Position numbers and translations under genes: made by a program. This document shows, one piece after another, positions 25,868-40,018 of a stretch of DNA of 64,000 nt. This DNA comes from Camelus ferus (lineage: Eukaryota). How positions within the stretch are numbered: the stretch's first letter is position 1; the number at the start of each line of letters is the position of its first letter. The DNA lies in assembly GCF_009834535.1 (NCBI RefSeq), contig NC_045696.1, forward strand, positions 57,042,001 to 57,106,000, given 5' to 3'. Below the pieces are notes generated by a model that ran no database searches, was not told the DNA's origin, and saw nothing but the letters and a program-made list of their open reading frames with translations.

Positions 25868-27228
25868 TTCTGTATACTAACAATAAACAATCTGCAAAGG
25901 AAATAAAGCAGTTTTATTAGCATCAAAAAATAAAATACTTATAAATAAATTTAACCAGAGAGATGAAAGGCTAGAAAGTACAAAACTTTGCTAAAAGAAA
26001 TTAAATAATACACAAATAAATGGAATCATCTCATGCTTATAAATTGGAAGACTTAGTATTGTTAAAATGACAATTTCTCAAAGTGGTGTACAGATTCACT
26101 ACAATTTCTGTCAAAATCCCAAGGACCTTTTTGCAGAAATGAAGAAAGTTTCTCGTGGATTAGAAAAAATACTAAGATATTTTGTGAAGCCAAAGTAAGA
26201 TCAGATAAAGTAAGGCATACAAAGAAATAAGAAAATATGGCCTATTCAAAGGGAATAAACCAATGGAAAATATCTCAGAACAAGACCAAATGGCACATCT
26301 ACTAGACAAAAGCTTTAAAACAGCTGTCTTAAAGATGCTTAAGAGCTAAAGGAAGATATGGAGAAAGTCAAGAAAAAGATGTATGAACAAAATGGAAATA
26401 ATCAAAAACAGAAAACTGAAAAATAAGCCAAAAAGAAATTCTGTAGCTAAAATGTACAGTAACTGAAATGCATAATTCACTGCAGAAATCCAAAGGCAGA
26501 TATGAACAGGCAGAAGAAAGAATCAATGAACTTGAAGACAGGATAATAGAAAGTATTGAGTCTAAGGAACAGAAAGAAAAAGAAGAGTGGTAAACAGAAT
26601 GTAAGGGACTTCTGGATGCCATCAAACAAACTAAAATATGCATTGTGGCAGTTCCAAAAGAAGGAGAGAGAGAGAGAAGGGGGCTGAGAGATTATCTGAA
26701 GAAATAAAGCCCCAAACTTCCTGAGTTTAATAAGACATGAATCCAAGAAGTTCAATGAATCCCAAGTATAATGAACTCAAAGATATACACACTGAGATTT
26801 ACTACAATAAAATTGTCAAAAGGCAAAGCAAAACAGAGAATCATGAAAGCAGCAGGAGAGGAGTGACTCATCACATGCAAGGAATCAATAATATTACCAG
26901 AATATTTCTCTTTAGAAACTTTAGAAGCCAGAAGGCAATAGGCTGATATATTCAAAGAGCTAAAAGAAAAACTGTCAACTAATAACCTTATATCCAGCAA
27001 AACTGTGCTTCAAAGTTAGGGAGAAATTAAGACATTCCTAGATAAACAAAAGCTGAGGGAATGCATTGCCACTGGTCCTCCTCTGCAAAAATGCTGCAGG
27101 TTGAAATGAAAGTATACTAGACAGTAATTTAAAGCCATATGAAGAAATTAATATCTCAGGAAAAAAATTCTGATAAAGTGGACTTTCTGGACAAAACATT
27201 CCAAGATAAAGTAGATCACTATCATATT
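23610..27228 (+). mobile_element. Stack of older L1 fragments (ORF2 pieces, then an ORF1 piece at ~26190-27170)
   Basis: ORF 24723-24905 (KNWFFEKINRIDKPLVR) is ORF2p-like; agaagaaagaatcaatgaacttgaagacagg is ORF1-like. Internal boundaries approximate. Confidence 0.8.
25814..25867. repeat. Compound microsatellite (AT)15(GT)12
   Basis: Read directly. Confidence 0.95.
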
Positions 27229-27244
27229 AAAAGTTTCAGTTTTC

Positions 27245-28263
27245 TGCACAGCAAAGGAAACCATAAGCAAAACAAAATGACAACCTATGGAATGAGAGAA
27301 AATAGTTGCAAAAGATGAAACTGACAAGGGCTTGATTTCCAGAATATATAAACAGCTCATATGACCTAATAAGAAAAAAACAATGGGCAGAAGACCTAAA
27401 CAAGCAATTCTCCAGTGAAGAAATACAAATGATCAGTGGGCACATGAAAAAATGCTCAGTATCACTAATTATCAGGGAAATGCAAATCAAAACTACAATG
27501 AGGTATCACCTCACACCAGTCAGAATGGCCATCATTCAAAAGTCCACAAATGATAAATGCTGGAGAGGGTGTGGAGAATCCAGTTTGGTGTAGCCATTAT
27601 GGAAAACAGGGAGATTCCTCAAAAGACTGAAAATGGACTTACCATATGACCCAGAAGTCCCACTCCTATGTGTATATCCAGAGGGAACCCTTATTCAAAA
27701 AGACCTGTACCTCAACATTCATAGCAGCATTATTTACAGTAGCCAAGACATGAAAACAACCTAAATGTCCATCAACAGATGACTGGATAAAGAAGTGTGG
27801 TATAGTTATACAATGGAATACTACTCAGCCATAAAAATGATAAAATAATGCATTTGTAGCAACATGGATGGCCCTGGAGAATGTCATTCTAAGCGAAGTG
27901 AGCCAGAAAGAGAAAGAAAAATACCATATGACATCACTCATATGTGGAATCTAAAAAAAAAAAAAAAAGACAAATGAACTTACATATAAAACAGAAACTG
28001 ACTAATAGACATAGAATATATGCTTTTGGTTGCCAGGGGGGAGAGGGGTGGGAAGGAATAAACTGGCAGCTTGAGACTGGTATGTGTAAAATTGATAAAC
28101 AAGTTTCTACTGTATAGCACAGGGAAATACATTCAATATCGTGTAATATCTCATGGTGGAAAAGGATAAGAAAATGAATATATGTATATTCATGTATGAC
28201 TGAAGAATTGTCCTGTACACCAGAAATTGACACAACATTGTAAACTGACGATACGTCAATAAA
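27245..28263 (+). mobile_element. Young 5'-truncated L1 (ORF2 C-terminus and 3' UTR) with perfect 16-bp TSD
   Basis: aaaagtttcagttttc at 27229-27244 and 28264-28279, preceded by TT (TT/AAAA endonuclease site); AATAAA at the 3' end. Confidence 0.93.
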
Positions 28264-29359
28264 AAAAGTTTCAGTTTTCAAAGAAGATGTAAAAAATTAA
28301 ATTTGTGTGTATTCAGTAATATGACCTCAAAATTTATAAAGCAAAAATTGAGACAAAAAATTGACAAAAATTGTAGTTAGACATCTCACTGATAACAAAA
28401 AAATCAGTAAGAACATAGAATATTTGGAGAATATGATAAACTTGATCTATATATTTGAAAAACATTGCCATAAATAAATGAAAAGGCAAGAAATAAATTG
28501 GGATATTTGTAACATACATAACCACTGAAATTTTGTTTCCAGAATGTCTAAATGATTTCAAATCAGTAAGAAAAAGTCAATCAACCCCATTGAAAAATAG
28601 CCAAAAATACTTAAATAGACATTTCATAGGAGAGAAAACTTGTATGGCTTGACCTCATTAATAATTTAAAATATTAGTAACTAGGAAAATGCAGAGTAAA
28701 ACCATAATGAGATACCATTTTACATTCAAAACAAATTGGCAGAAAATTTAGAAGTTTGTCAGTTACAAGTATTGAAAAGAATGCAGCTCAATTATAATTC
28801 TGTATCACAAATGAGAGTATAAAAATGTAAATTTCTAAAGTTTGGCATTATCTTGTAAATTTAAACAGTTTCATATCCTAAGACCCACCAATTTCCCTCT
28901 TATTACATAAATAGCAAAAGATTTATACAAGATACTTTATAGCTGCATTCTTTGTAAGAGCAAAAAAAAAAAAAAAAAAAAAGACACAGACAGAATCCAG
29001 TTGCCCAATCATTGAATAAGATATATATTGTGGTATAATCGCAGTACAGACTACTATATATTATACAGATCTGTGAAAATGAGTAACATACAGCTGCAAA
29101 CAACAATTAATTTTATAAATCTAATAATAAATGAAAAAGCAAGTTCTTCAAATTTATATACATTATACCACTATTATAGATTTTTAAAAATCAGAAGTAA
29201 GCAATTGTTGTTTATACACATAATGTGATAATATTATATATTATATGATAAATATATAATATATATATATTAAAGAAAAACAAGAGCTGATGAAAATTTA
29301 GAATACTGGTTAGTTCTGGGGACAAAGAAGGCAGGGTGATGGAATCAGGAAGAGAACTG

Positions 29360-29885
29360 TATATATATTCCACACAATGGTATATTATTCATCCATAAAG
29401 AGAATGAAATCTTGCCTTTTGTGACAATATGGATAGACCTTAAGGGCATTATGCTAAGTGAAACAAGTCAGACAGAGAAAGACAAACACTACAAGATTTC
29501 AATTATATGTGAAATCTGAAAGAAAAAAAAAAAAAAAGCTCATATATACAAATAACAGATTGGTGGTTTCCAGAGGCAGAGGGCGGGGGTTTGATGAAAT
29601 GTGTGAAGGGAGTCAAAATGTAAAAACTTACAGTTTTAAGTCAGGGGGATATAATGTGTAAAGGATAGTGATTATAGTTGATAAGACTGTATTGCATATT
29701 TGAAAGTTGCTAAAAGAGTAAATCTTTAAACGACTCATCACAGAAAAAAAGTCTGTTAATTACATATGGTGATGGATATTAACAAGATTTATTATGGTGG
29801 TCATTTCACAATATATACAAATCATTATGTTGTATACCTGAAGCTAATATAATGTATGACAATTATACCTCTATAAAATAAAAAA
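29360..29885 (+). mobile_element. L1 3' end fragment
   Basis: aatgaaatcttgccttttgtgacaatatggatagacc...gttgtatacctgaagctaatata...aataaaaaag. Confidence 0.8.
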
Positions 29886-30519
29886 GAATGAGAACATACA
29901 TAGATGCACATTATTAGTAATGTTAGTTCTTTGGTTGTGTGTTTGGTTCATAGAATTTCAATATAATTATATTCTATATGTTAAATCTATATTACATATA
30001 CTGTTCTTTGCATACCAAATAAAAAATAAAATAGAATTAAAGGTTATTAGACTCTCAGATCATCATCCTGCTGAATTTTTTAATAATAAAGCTTTTTTGT
30101 GATAAGAGAATAATTAAAGTAGATAAACATACAGAGCATCCATAGAAGCTTTATTTATAATAACCAAAAACTAGTAACAACCCAAATGTCTATCAACTGG
30201 GAAGTAGGTAAACAAGATAGGATATATTCATATAATAGAATACTATTCAGCAATAAAAAGGAACCATTACTGATACATGCAACACAAGGATTGTCCTCAA
30301 AACCATTATGCTAAATGAAAGATATGAACACAAGAATAAATATTGTAAAGGTGTCACTTATATGAAAATTGTAAGAAAACAAAAGAAATCTATACAGGCA
30401 GAAAGATACCAGTGGTTACCTACCAGTGATGGGTAAGATATTGGCGTGAGGTAACTTTTGGGGATGATAGAAATTTTCTAAAACTGGATTATGGTGTCAG
30501 TGGGACAAGCTTTAGAATG

Positions 30520-31660
30520 AGACTGAAAGTTAGGTAGTTTGAGTCCTCTGACTTTTATTCTTTAAAATTGCTTTGATACTCCAGTTCCTTTACCTTTCCA
30601 TATAAATTTCAGAATCAGTTTGTTGATTTCTGTTAAAAATGGCATATTTCAATTGAGAATACATTGAATCTATACATTATTTAGGGAGAACTGACATCTA
30701 GTAAGTTTTACAATTTAAGAAAAAAGAAAAGAATAAATTATATCTCTCCATTTACTTATGTATTCTCTATTTCTTTGATCAGCAGCTTATATTTTTCAGC
30801 ATACAGATCTAACAAATTGCGTTAGGTTATATATAAGCATTTTATGTTTTTTGGTGCTATTGTAAATGGTACTGTTTTATAATTCCAATTTCCAAATGTC
30901 CATTGGTATTATATAGAAATACATTTGTACATTGACTTAGTGTCTTACAAACATGCTTAACTTATGTATGAGTTCTAATATACTTTTTGTAGATTCTTTG
31001 GGATTTTCTACATAGCCAATCATGTGATCTGCAAATAGAATTTTATTTCTTTCTTTTCAATCTTTATTCCTTTTTTTCTTCCCTTGTTGCAGTATAACTA
31101 CTAACTGACCTTCAATATAATGTTGAATAAGAATGGTGAAAGTGAACATTTTTGCTTTGTTCTTGTTCTTAGGGTGAAAATATTCCATCTCTTCCACCAT
31201 TATGTATGTTAAACACCATCTACAGGTTGTTCCTAGATGCTCTTCATCAGGTTGAAGAAGTTTCCTCCGTTTTTAATTTATTGAGAGATTTTTTCCATGA
31301 AAAGATGATGAATTTTGTCAGATGATTTTTTTGCATTTATTGCGATGATCACATTGTTCTTCAGTCTGACAGTGTGATGAATTACAGTGTGGTTATCATT
31401 TTTTTAAATGTTTAACTGATCTTGCATTCCTGGAATAAACCCCAGTTAGTCATGATGTATTGTTCTTTCTGTATATTTTTTGATTTGCTAATATTTTGTT
31501 GACAGTTTTTACACCTATGCTCAAGGGATATTAGTCTGCTATTTTCTTTTCTTGCAATGTTTTTTTCCTGGTTTTGGTGCCCGTATAAACCTGATGTGAT
31601 AAAACATGTTGGGAAGTATTCTATCCTCTTTATTTGTAGATGATTTCTTATAGAATTGTC
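30520..31660 (-). mobile_element. Old L1 ORF2 fragment
   Basis: Reverse complement of RT-region DNA (cttgcattcctggaataaaccc; aatgttgaataagaatggtgaaagtg). Confidence 0.75.
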
Positions 31661-32116
31661 ATTACGTTATTACCAAATAATGATACAACTCTAGATAGGT
31701 TTAAGGATTTGTTTTTTATATTTTGAAGCTCAACTTTAATTTCACAATGATATTCACTTCAAAATTATTTTAATGTAATCTAAATTAACTTGGGTCTCTT
31801 TTTTATTGAGTGTAAACAATTTTATATAACAACATACTGTTTAATCTTCACAGGTCAGTTTTCATTGTTCTCTATTACACATAAAATATTCTTACAATAA
31901 AATCTAAGTAATTATTGTCTTTTTAAAATTTAGATTTTGTGTATTGCTTAAAAAATAAACCATTGTTTTAGGCTTAGAAATGTTTTGGCATACATTAATT
32001 TTCGGAGTGGTATTTTTAAATCAAATTTTAATAGTAATGCAAGTTTTTATACATTTAGAATAATTATTTTTTTACTTTACCATACTTTAATTAATGCTAC
32101 TTTATTTCTCATCTAG

Positions 32117-32157
32117 TCATGCAGATGGATCGATTAAGTTTTGGGATGCTTCTGCAA
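32117..32157 (+). CDS. STXBP5L: STXBP5L coding exon E, 41 nt
   Basis: catctag| ... |gtaagt; encodes (G)HADGSIKFWDASA(I), a WD40 motif. Confidence 0.96.
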
Positions 32158-33715
32158 GTAAGTTTTAAGTTTATCCTTCTAGTACAGAATACACTTGGTT
32201 AATACTTACTCATAGCCATTCACCATGTTTTAGTTTGGACAATTAACATTTTAGATAAATATTTAGCATACACATATGGCTGTGTTACAAAAAATGCATT
32301 TCCTATATTATTAAATCAGTTTAAAAAATTAGTTCTACAGTATTTTTCTTCTATGATATAAATAGATAGGACTGAAATCACTCTTTATCAGCAACCTATT
32401 GTATTTACAAGAGGTAATGTACGTTGGAAAAAGTACCAAAACATGTCAGATTAATTTTGCTCAAGGAATTTCCTTCATCTCCTTGCTTTGTGGTTTTGGA
32501 AAAGTGCTTTTATCCCACTTCTTTACATTTCTTTGCCACTTGTCTACCAAGTCCATGAGAATCAAAAGAAATAATTTGATAAATGTAAAATTTCTTTTGA
32601 AATCTTGAGAATTACATAATTAAAGGTCTAAAGGTACTCTGCTCAACACTGAAGGGCATGCAAAGATATTTTAAACTTGATTATACCATACATACCCTTA
32701 AGAAAACTTACCAGGTAAACAATATGGTAAGAACTCTCAATGTAATATAACCCAAATTCTATTTGTTATCAAAAATGGGAGATTTATTTGAACCAGGTAG
32801 ATCCAGGAAGGGCATTTCGATGCAGTAAAATTTAATGTAAGTTTTGAAAGATAAGGTTTTAATAGCCTGGACTAGGAGGAGAAGAATAAGTGAGCAATAT
32901 CTCCAGGTTTCTGAGGATGAGTAACCAGCAAGTTGGAAATAAGGATATGGGAGAATTCTAGAGGTTTGAATTTTGTTGTAACACCAGGAAATCCAAGTAA
33001 AATGTCTAACAGGTAGGGAGAACAGTCAAGAATGGAAACTAGTGGTGAAGCAGCATACAAGTGATACCTGAAGCTATAGAAGTGAACTGAGAAAGACTAT
33101 GATAAATATAAAAGTAGAAGGAAGAAGGTTGAATAGTAATGATACTCTTAATCTGCAGCTAGAGTCCTTTAGTAGTGGAGCAAACTTTCATCAGCAAGAG
33201 AAAATGATTAAAATATTTAAAGCCATGAATTCTGAGGCCCCTTTCTGGCCTCACATAATACGAAACAATTGCTCAGGAGAAAATTCCAAACGACAACAGG
33301 TTTTATTTTGATGAACCTTTTCATGTAAACCTGAGTTTGTTCCATGAACACAGTTAATTGCATAGTGACATCTTTGCTCATTTCCCATCACCTCAAAGTC
33401 ACTTCTTAGCTTCTAAAATGTGAGAAGGCAATTTAACACTCTAATGACTGAAGTGCATACCATCCTTAAGTATGCACAATAATATTTTAAGTTAATTTTT
33501 AAATAAAATATTATTTTTCACATTCAAATCATATATGGCAAAGGTTTGTAGAATATTTAATGTTTTTATTGTAATCAACTATAAGGGCATACCTCCAAAT
33601 CAATAGATGCCATTAGAGAAGTATAACTTAGTTTGCCAATTTTGTGAGATAGTTTACAGTACAGGAAATGAGGTTATACTGAATTTGAGTAGTTGAGTTT
33701 ATGTTAATATGTGTA

Positions 33716-33949
33716 CAATTGGCCCTTGAACACACGAGGGTCAGAGGCATTAATCCTCTGCATAGTCGATCTGACCATTATTTATAGTCGGAGCATAATT
33801 TATAGTTGGCTCTCCCTATGTGCTGTTCCTTGGTATCTGAGGATTCAGTCAACCTTGGATTGTGTAGTACTGTAGTATGTACTACTGAAAATAATCTGAG
33901 CGTAAGTGGACCCATATATTTCAAACCAATATTGTTCAAGGGTCAACTG
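33716..33949. mobile_element. Tigger2/MER8-like Tc1-mariner MITE
   Basis: Terminal inverted repeats caattggcccttgaaca / tgttcaagggtcaactg with TA on both sides. Confidence 0.85.
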
Positions 33950-34370
33950 TATTCACTTTCAATTGCTGAGTAATAGATTACCACAATTTAGCAGTTTAAA
34001 ACAGTACACATATATTATCTCACAGTTTCTGTGTGTTATGAATCTGGTCTAAGTTAGCTGGATTCTTTGCTCAGGATCTCTTTAAGACTGCAATCAAGGT
34101 GTTAGCTAGGGCTGCAGCTTTATCTGGGGCCCAGAGCTCTCTTCCAAGTTCATGTGGTTGTTGGCAGAATTCATTTTCTTGCAACTTTAAAACTCATGAT
34201 GACTTGTTTCTTCAAGGCCAGCAAGGGAGTGTCTCTCTAACTTCAGGGAGGGCCCCAGTCCCTCTTTTAAAGGACTTACCTTATTTTGTTGGGCCTATTA
34301 AGAATAATCTCTATTAATTAACTCAAAATCAAATAATTAGGGACCTTAATTATGTCTGCAATATTCTTTA
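33950..34370 (-). mobile_element. MLT1-type MaLR LTR fragment
   Basis: attgctgagtaatagattaccacaatttagcagtttaaaacag...ctcacagtttctgtg...ctgcaatcaaggtgttagctagggctg. Confidence 0.75.
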
Positions 34371-35759
34371 ATGTTTCCATGTTACATCAGACTTACAGAA
34401 AAATTGCAAAAACATACTATGCAGTGTTGTATAGCTTTCAGCCAGATTCCCCAAATGTCAATGTATACATTTGTTCCCTTCACCTGTCTTCCTACTTGTG
34501 TACCTGTGCTTACTCGTGCTCTGTCTCTCTCTGCCCCCAACTCTACCCCTCCCTCCTGTCCTTCTCCTCACCCTCTTACTCTTTCTCTCCCCTCAGTATT
34601 CACACATACACATATATATGTAAATATATACATATACAGCTTTTTATAACCATTCGAATATAAGTTGCAAACATGAATCTCCTCTAACAGTACATACCCC
34701 CTAAAAACTGCAGTGTGTATTTCCTACAAATAGGGCATTCTTTTACATAATCAAGTTATAGTTATCAAAGTCAGGAGTAATAATATTAATACAATACTAT
34801 TACATAACTTTCAGATCTTACTCAGTTTTAGCCAATTTTTCCAATAATATCTTTTATAATAAAAGAAACTCCAGGACCATTTATTGGAGTTAGTTATATC
34901 TTTTGAATTTTCTTTAATCTGGAATGGCTGCTGAGTCGTTATTTAATGAAATTGACATTTTTAGGAGTTCAGGCCAGTTTTTGTAGACTCACCTTCAATT
35001 TGAGTTTGATTAATGTTTCTCATGATTAGGTTCAGATTATGCACTTTTGGAGGAACTCCCAGATTTTTCGAACTTCTTAAGGATTCTCTGTAGAATAAGA
35101 GCTTTTATATAGTTATCATTATGATCTAAAATGGAAATAATATTCCCCTAAGTAATGATTCCTGAAAACATTTTACAAAACCAGACTTAAAAAATTATAA
35201 CTGACCATTTCCTAACACAGAGCCACTCGGAAAAGATTCTTTATAAAATAATTAGATCATTGGACTCCCAGTATTGCTAAATGGTAAATACAAATGTTTC
35301 TCATCTGAAGGGGTGTCTAAAAATGTGTTGAGAAGAGTAAACCTTCAAAGAATAGCATCAGCCTCTCATCTACCAAAAGAGAAAATTGTGAAAAAGTATT
35401 GAGAGTTCCTCCCTTGGGAGAGAAGTAGGTTTAGTACTTCCATTATAAACTTTCTGAGCCCCAGTGTTTTTATCAATAAACAAGGATAAAAATACTTTAT
35501 GGAACTTTTCTGAGACAGTGCATAAAAGGACCTACATGTTCCTTGTTATATAGTATATGTTGAATAAATGTATGTTTTTTCCCTATAATCTTCTGTACTG
35601 ATATGAGAGCGTGACATGGAATGATTACTTGTTAGAATGTAATTTATTTTATTTACTTGGGTTTTACTTTTGTGATTTAACAAATACATTGAAAAGGCTT
35701 CAACAACATCTAAGAATTAAGTTCAAATTAGAAGATAACTATGTTTCAATATCTTATAG

Positions 35760-35977
35760 TAACTCTGCAGATGCTGTACAAGCTAAAAACTTCAAAAGTG
35801 TTTGAAAAACAGAAGGTAGGAGAAGGAAAACAGACATGTGAAATTGTAGAGGAAGATCCATATGCCATTCAGATGATTTACTGGTGTCCAGAGAGCAGAA
35901 TATTCTGTGTATCAGGAGTCTCTGCATATGTCATAATTTATAAATTCAGCAGACATGAAATTACAACAGAAATAGTG
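35760..35977 (+). CDS. STXBP5L: STXBP5L coding exon F, 218 nt
   Basis: cttatag| ... |gtaagt; encodes (I)TLQMLYKLKTSKVFEKQKVGEGKQTCEIVEEDPYAIQMIYWCPESRIFCVSGVSAYVIIYKFSRHEITTEIV. Confidence 0.97.
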
Positions 35978-37728
35978 GTAAGTCACCTAAAATTTAACTT
36001 TCACAGATTTATTTAAAAAAGCAATTGTCATAGATTTTGACTAATGCTTGATATGGTTTTAAGCCATCAAGACTATAGTATGTGGCCAGTAATCCAATTC
36101 ATAGGATTTTTAATTGTTCTTTTTACTTAGTATAACATTTTTAAATAGTTTGGCTTAAAATGACAAAAACAGTTCTCTATCAAAATTTAATTTATTAAAT
36201 AGGATAGATTATGCCTATAGGTTTTATATAGACAGTTGCTGATTTATTTTATGTATAAATGTCAAATTAATGCAAGCTTTGTTCTTTATCTTTACAAAGT
36301 TTTTAAAGTTTAACTTTTTGTCAATTGCCTTAAATTATTGTATCTCAACTACAATAAGATTATTTTGAATGATTTTCTAAATAGCAAAATTTTTATAGGA
36401 TAGAAATAATTATGAGGTTGCCTTACCTAATCTTAATTTTTAAACCAACGAAATAATTATTCAAAATAATGACGCTCTCATGGGATAAATTAAATCTAAA
36501 TTAAGGCACCTACGGATAATGGGTCTTCTCTACCCTGTCCATTTTACCATTTTATCAGAAAATAAACATTATATACTAAAGGCCTGTATATACCTGTTTT
36601 TACCTCAACAGCCAAAATTAAATATTGCCCTTTAAGGTATAATAGTTAAAACCCAGGCTTCAGAGTCAGATAAGCCTAGTTTTTAATTCTGGCTTTACCA
36701 ATGAATATCTGTATGTCTCTGAACAAGTCACAAGATTCCATTAGTCAGTATTACAGTCTGGGTAAGACTCAGTTTCATCACTCATATAATTTCCTGTGCA
36801 AATAAAATGGAAAAATAGAAAGTAATAATAAACTAGAAATAGTAACGCCAATTTCATAGGGTTCTTGTGATATTTATATAAAGTCATTAGCAGAGTGTCT
36901 CAGTAGAATAAGCACTCAATAATTGGTAATTATTATTGTCACTAGAAGTTTTAAGATAATTATGACAATTATTTTGACAATATTACTGTCACTCCATAAT
37001 TACATGTTTTGTAATTATGTTTTTAATCTCAAAAATGTTCATTTTTACATTGAAAAGCAAACATTTGTTATAAAATTGATTGTAATTATAGCATTGAATG
37101 CAGTCATTAATACTTAATTTTTAAACATTTTTAGCTTAAAAAAGGTTTTAGATCACCTTTTTAGTCCAATAAAAATTATCATGTATTTTTCATTAAGCAA
37201 TTCTGATCATGCTAATGAAATTAAGTATGAGCTAAACTAATGAAATAAAAAAAACATTTTGGAAAATTTATACTGAGTTAATTCAAAGTCAAGATTGAAT
37301 GAATAATGACGTGTGTGTTTTATGTGTATGTTTACACATACACACATCCAGTTTAATTTATTTCATTGGAATAACCATGACTGATTTCTCCTTTTATTTT
37401 ATCATATATAGAATTAATAATTTATACTTTATCTTAAGGAATATTTATTATAAAGAAATTTTATCTCCATTGATAGGTATTTTTCTTATAATTCTAAAGA
37501 ATTAAAAAATATTTTACATTTTTTGTGAATGCCATTGAATATGCTATATAATTCACTGTTTAATTCAGTTTGGGGTATCTCAACTTTACTATGGATTGAA
37601 ATTGAACTAGTTAATCTGAAAAAATAATGAATAATTACCAAAAACAAGTACCAGATATTTTAATGTGACTATTATTATTAGGACTTAGATTATATCAAAG
37701 TTGATTTTCCTTTTTTTTTTTTTTTAAG

Positions 37729-37901
37729 TCGTTAGAGGTACGACTTCAGTATGATATTGAAGATATTATTACTCCAGAACCAGAAACAAGTCCTCCATTT
37801 CCAGATCTCTCATCCCAGCTTCCTTCTTCAAGGAGTCTTTCTGGGAGTACTAGCACTGTGACTAGTGAAGGAGTAACAAAGGACAGCATCCCATGCCTCA
37901 A
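37729..37901 (+). CDS. STXBP5L: STXBP5L coding exon G, 173 nt
   Basis: Poly-T tract then aag| acceptor, |gtaaga donor; encodes SLEVRLQYDIEDIITPEPETSPPFPDLSSQLPSSRSLSGSTSTVTSEGVTKDSIPCL(N). Confidence 0.96.
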
Positions 37902-39969
37902 GTAAGAATTGTTACCAAATTTTAAAACAATTTTACATATTCATCTTATAATTCTTTGAAACTGTGCCAAGTAAAATCATTCTTCTCCCTTATTAAGTGT
38001 TGTCAAGTGATCTGCAGTCCACGATGGGGTACCCTGATCTTTTTTTTTTGAATACCCATGAAGAGGGCACAGTATTTTCATTCTTAATTACTAATTAGTA
38101 TCTATCCTTCCCTGAAGAACCCTAAAGAAAACATAGCTTTGATAGAATGGCCAAATGTTTGGTGGAGCAGAAACTTGGTCACTTGTTTGATATTTCCCTA
38201 TTGCAAAAGTATATTTAGAGAACTTCTTCAGTCGTCTTGGAATCAAAAAGAACACCAATTTTCCTACAAGAATACTATGTCAGGAAAAAGGGTTTCTCTC
38301 ATGGGTGCTAGGATATTGTATAATATTTCTTTCTCTTTTTTTAACTGATGCTATTTGGTAATAAACTGTGCTCTCTCAGTTCATCTAAACAAAGTTTAGT
38401 ATCATAATCAAATAAAACTTAAAGTTAATCAAGTCCATAGTAATGTTTATTGTAATTGTTTTTATACCTTTTGATAATAGAGTGCAAAGGAATGCAGTTT
38501 TAAGTTACTATTTACTGCTTCTATATCATCATGTCACATGTTTCTAGTATTAGTTGGTTGGAGAATTGAGCCTAAGCAAGAAATTTCTCTGTCCTCATAT
38601 GAAAATATCTGAATCTGCTACTCAAGGAACTTGAGACAAGTAGTTTCCTCATTTCTTATAAAAACACTTATGGAAAATATAAGATAAGGTTTTAGGAGCA
38701 AAATCTGTTTGCCATACAATTAACAGTTGCTATACTTTTGTAATCATTGTTTCCCCTGCCCCAAATTTTTCTTGTGAGATAAAAAGGGAAATATAAACAG
38801 GCATTACTGAGAGGAAAATCTATGAAGTGTAAACAAAATCATTACATTTTAGCAAGTAGAAAACTTTCATAATTTATCATTTTACATATTTAATTTTTCT
38901 TTCATATCACTTTGCTTCACTTAATTGATTTCTATTAAAATGAAAGACAGAGAGCAAAAAAGTAAACAAAGCTTAAGAAAGGGCTGTAGATTGATTTTCC
39001 AACTAAGAGGAACCATCACAAAAGTGGGTCCTTGAATGACCTAAATATTTTTCTATAAAACTTAAAAAAGATAAAAGATAGGGATAAAAGAGAAAATCCA
39101 GTAAAATCAACAAAAATCTGGTAGTAGAGATGAAGTAAGTAATAATATATGTTGTAGCATTTAATGCTGACTTGAAAAGTAGTAGTGACAAGCTTAAGAA
39201 TTATCAAGAGAACCAAATAGAGCAATTCAGTATAATCCTATGTAAGCTTCTAGGAACCAAGCAGCAAAACTCACCAAGTATATTATTCTGTGAATTACAG
39301 TATATTACCAGTGGTTCTTGAGTTGCATATAGTCTATGCTTTACTAAATTGTTTGTTGACATCCATCCCTAAATGACTTTCCTTTGCTGGATTTAGATTT
39401 CCAAATACATAAGCTAATAAATAAGCATTTCATTACAGTCAACTCTTCATTTTTTGCAATATTACATACAAGTCTCATCAATATACACATTTGTGCAATT
39501 TGATATATATGTGTTTTTTACTTTGAGCTTCCTAGTGTGTAAGGTGGGTTTCTCATAGACCTTATTAGGAAGTGTGATTTAAACAGAAAGTTTAAATGAG
39601 GGAGTTGGCTGAAGAATATCTGGTGGAAGAGTATTCCAGGCAGCAGGAGCAGCTGGAGCAAAGGCCTAAAGTGCCTGGCATATAAGGAGGTCATTGTAGC
39701 TAGAACAAAGGAAGGATGGTGGGAGGTAGAGGAGAGGGTAGTAGGAAATAAAGTCAGACAGGTAAGAGGGCAAATTATAGGTCATTGTAAGGACTTTGGC
39801 TTTTATTCCTAACTAAATGGGGAGTCATTATAGGGTTTTAAATAAATAACATTGTAAGTTTCAAATTTTAGATTGGTCATTTTGGTAGCTATGGTGAGGG
39901 TGGATTTGGGGAGGGTAGAAGCTGGAAGATTAGTAAGGAGGGTTTTGCACCTAACTAGAGATGATGTTA

Positions 39970-39987
39970 AGGGCTGGGAGATTCAGC

Positions 39988-40018
<31 letters not shown>

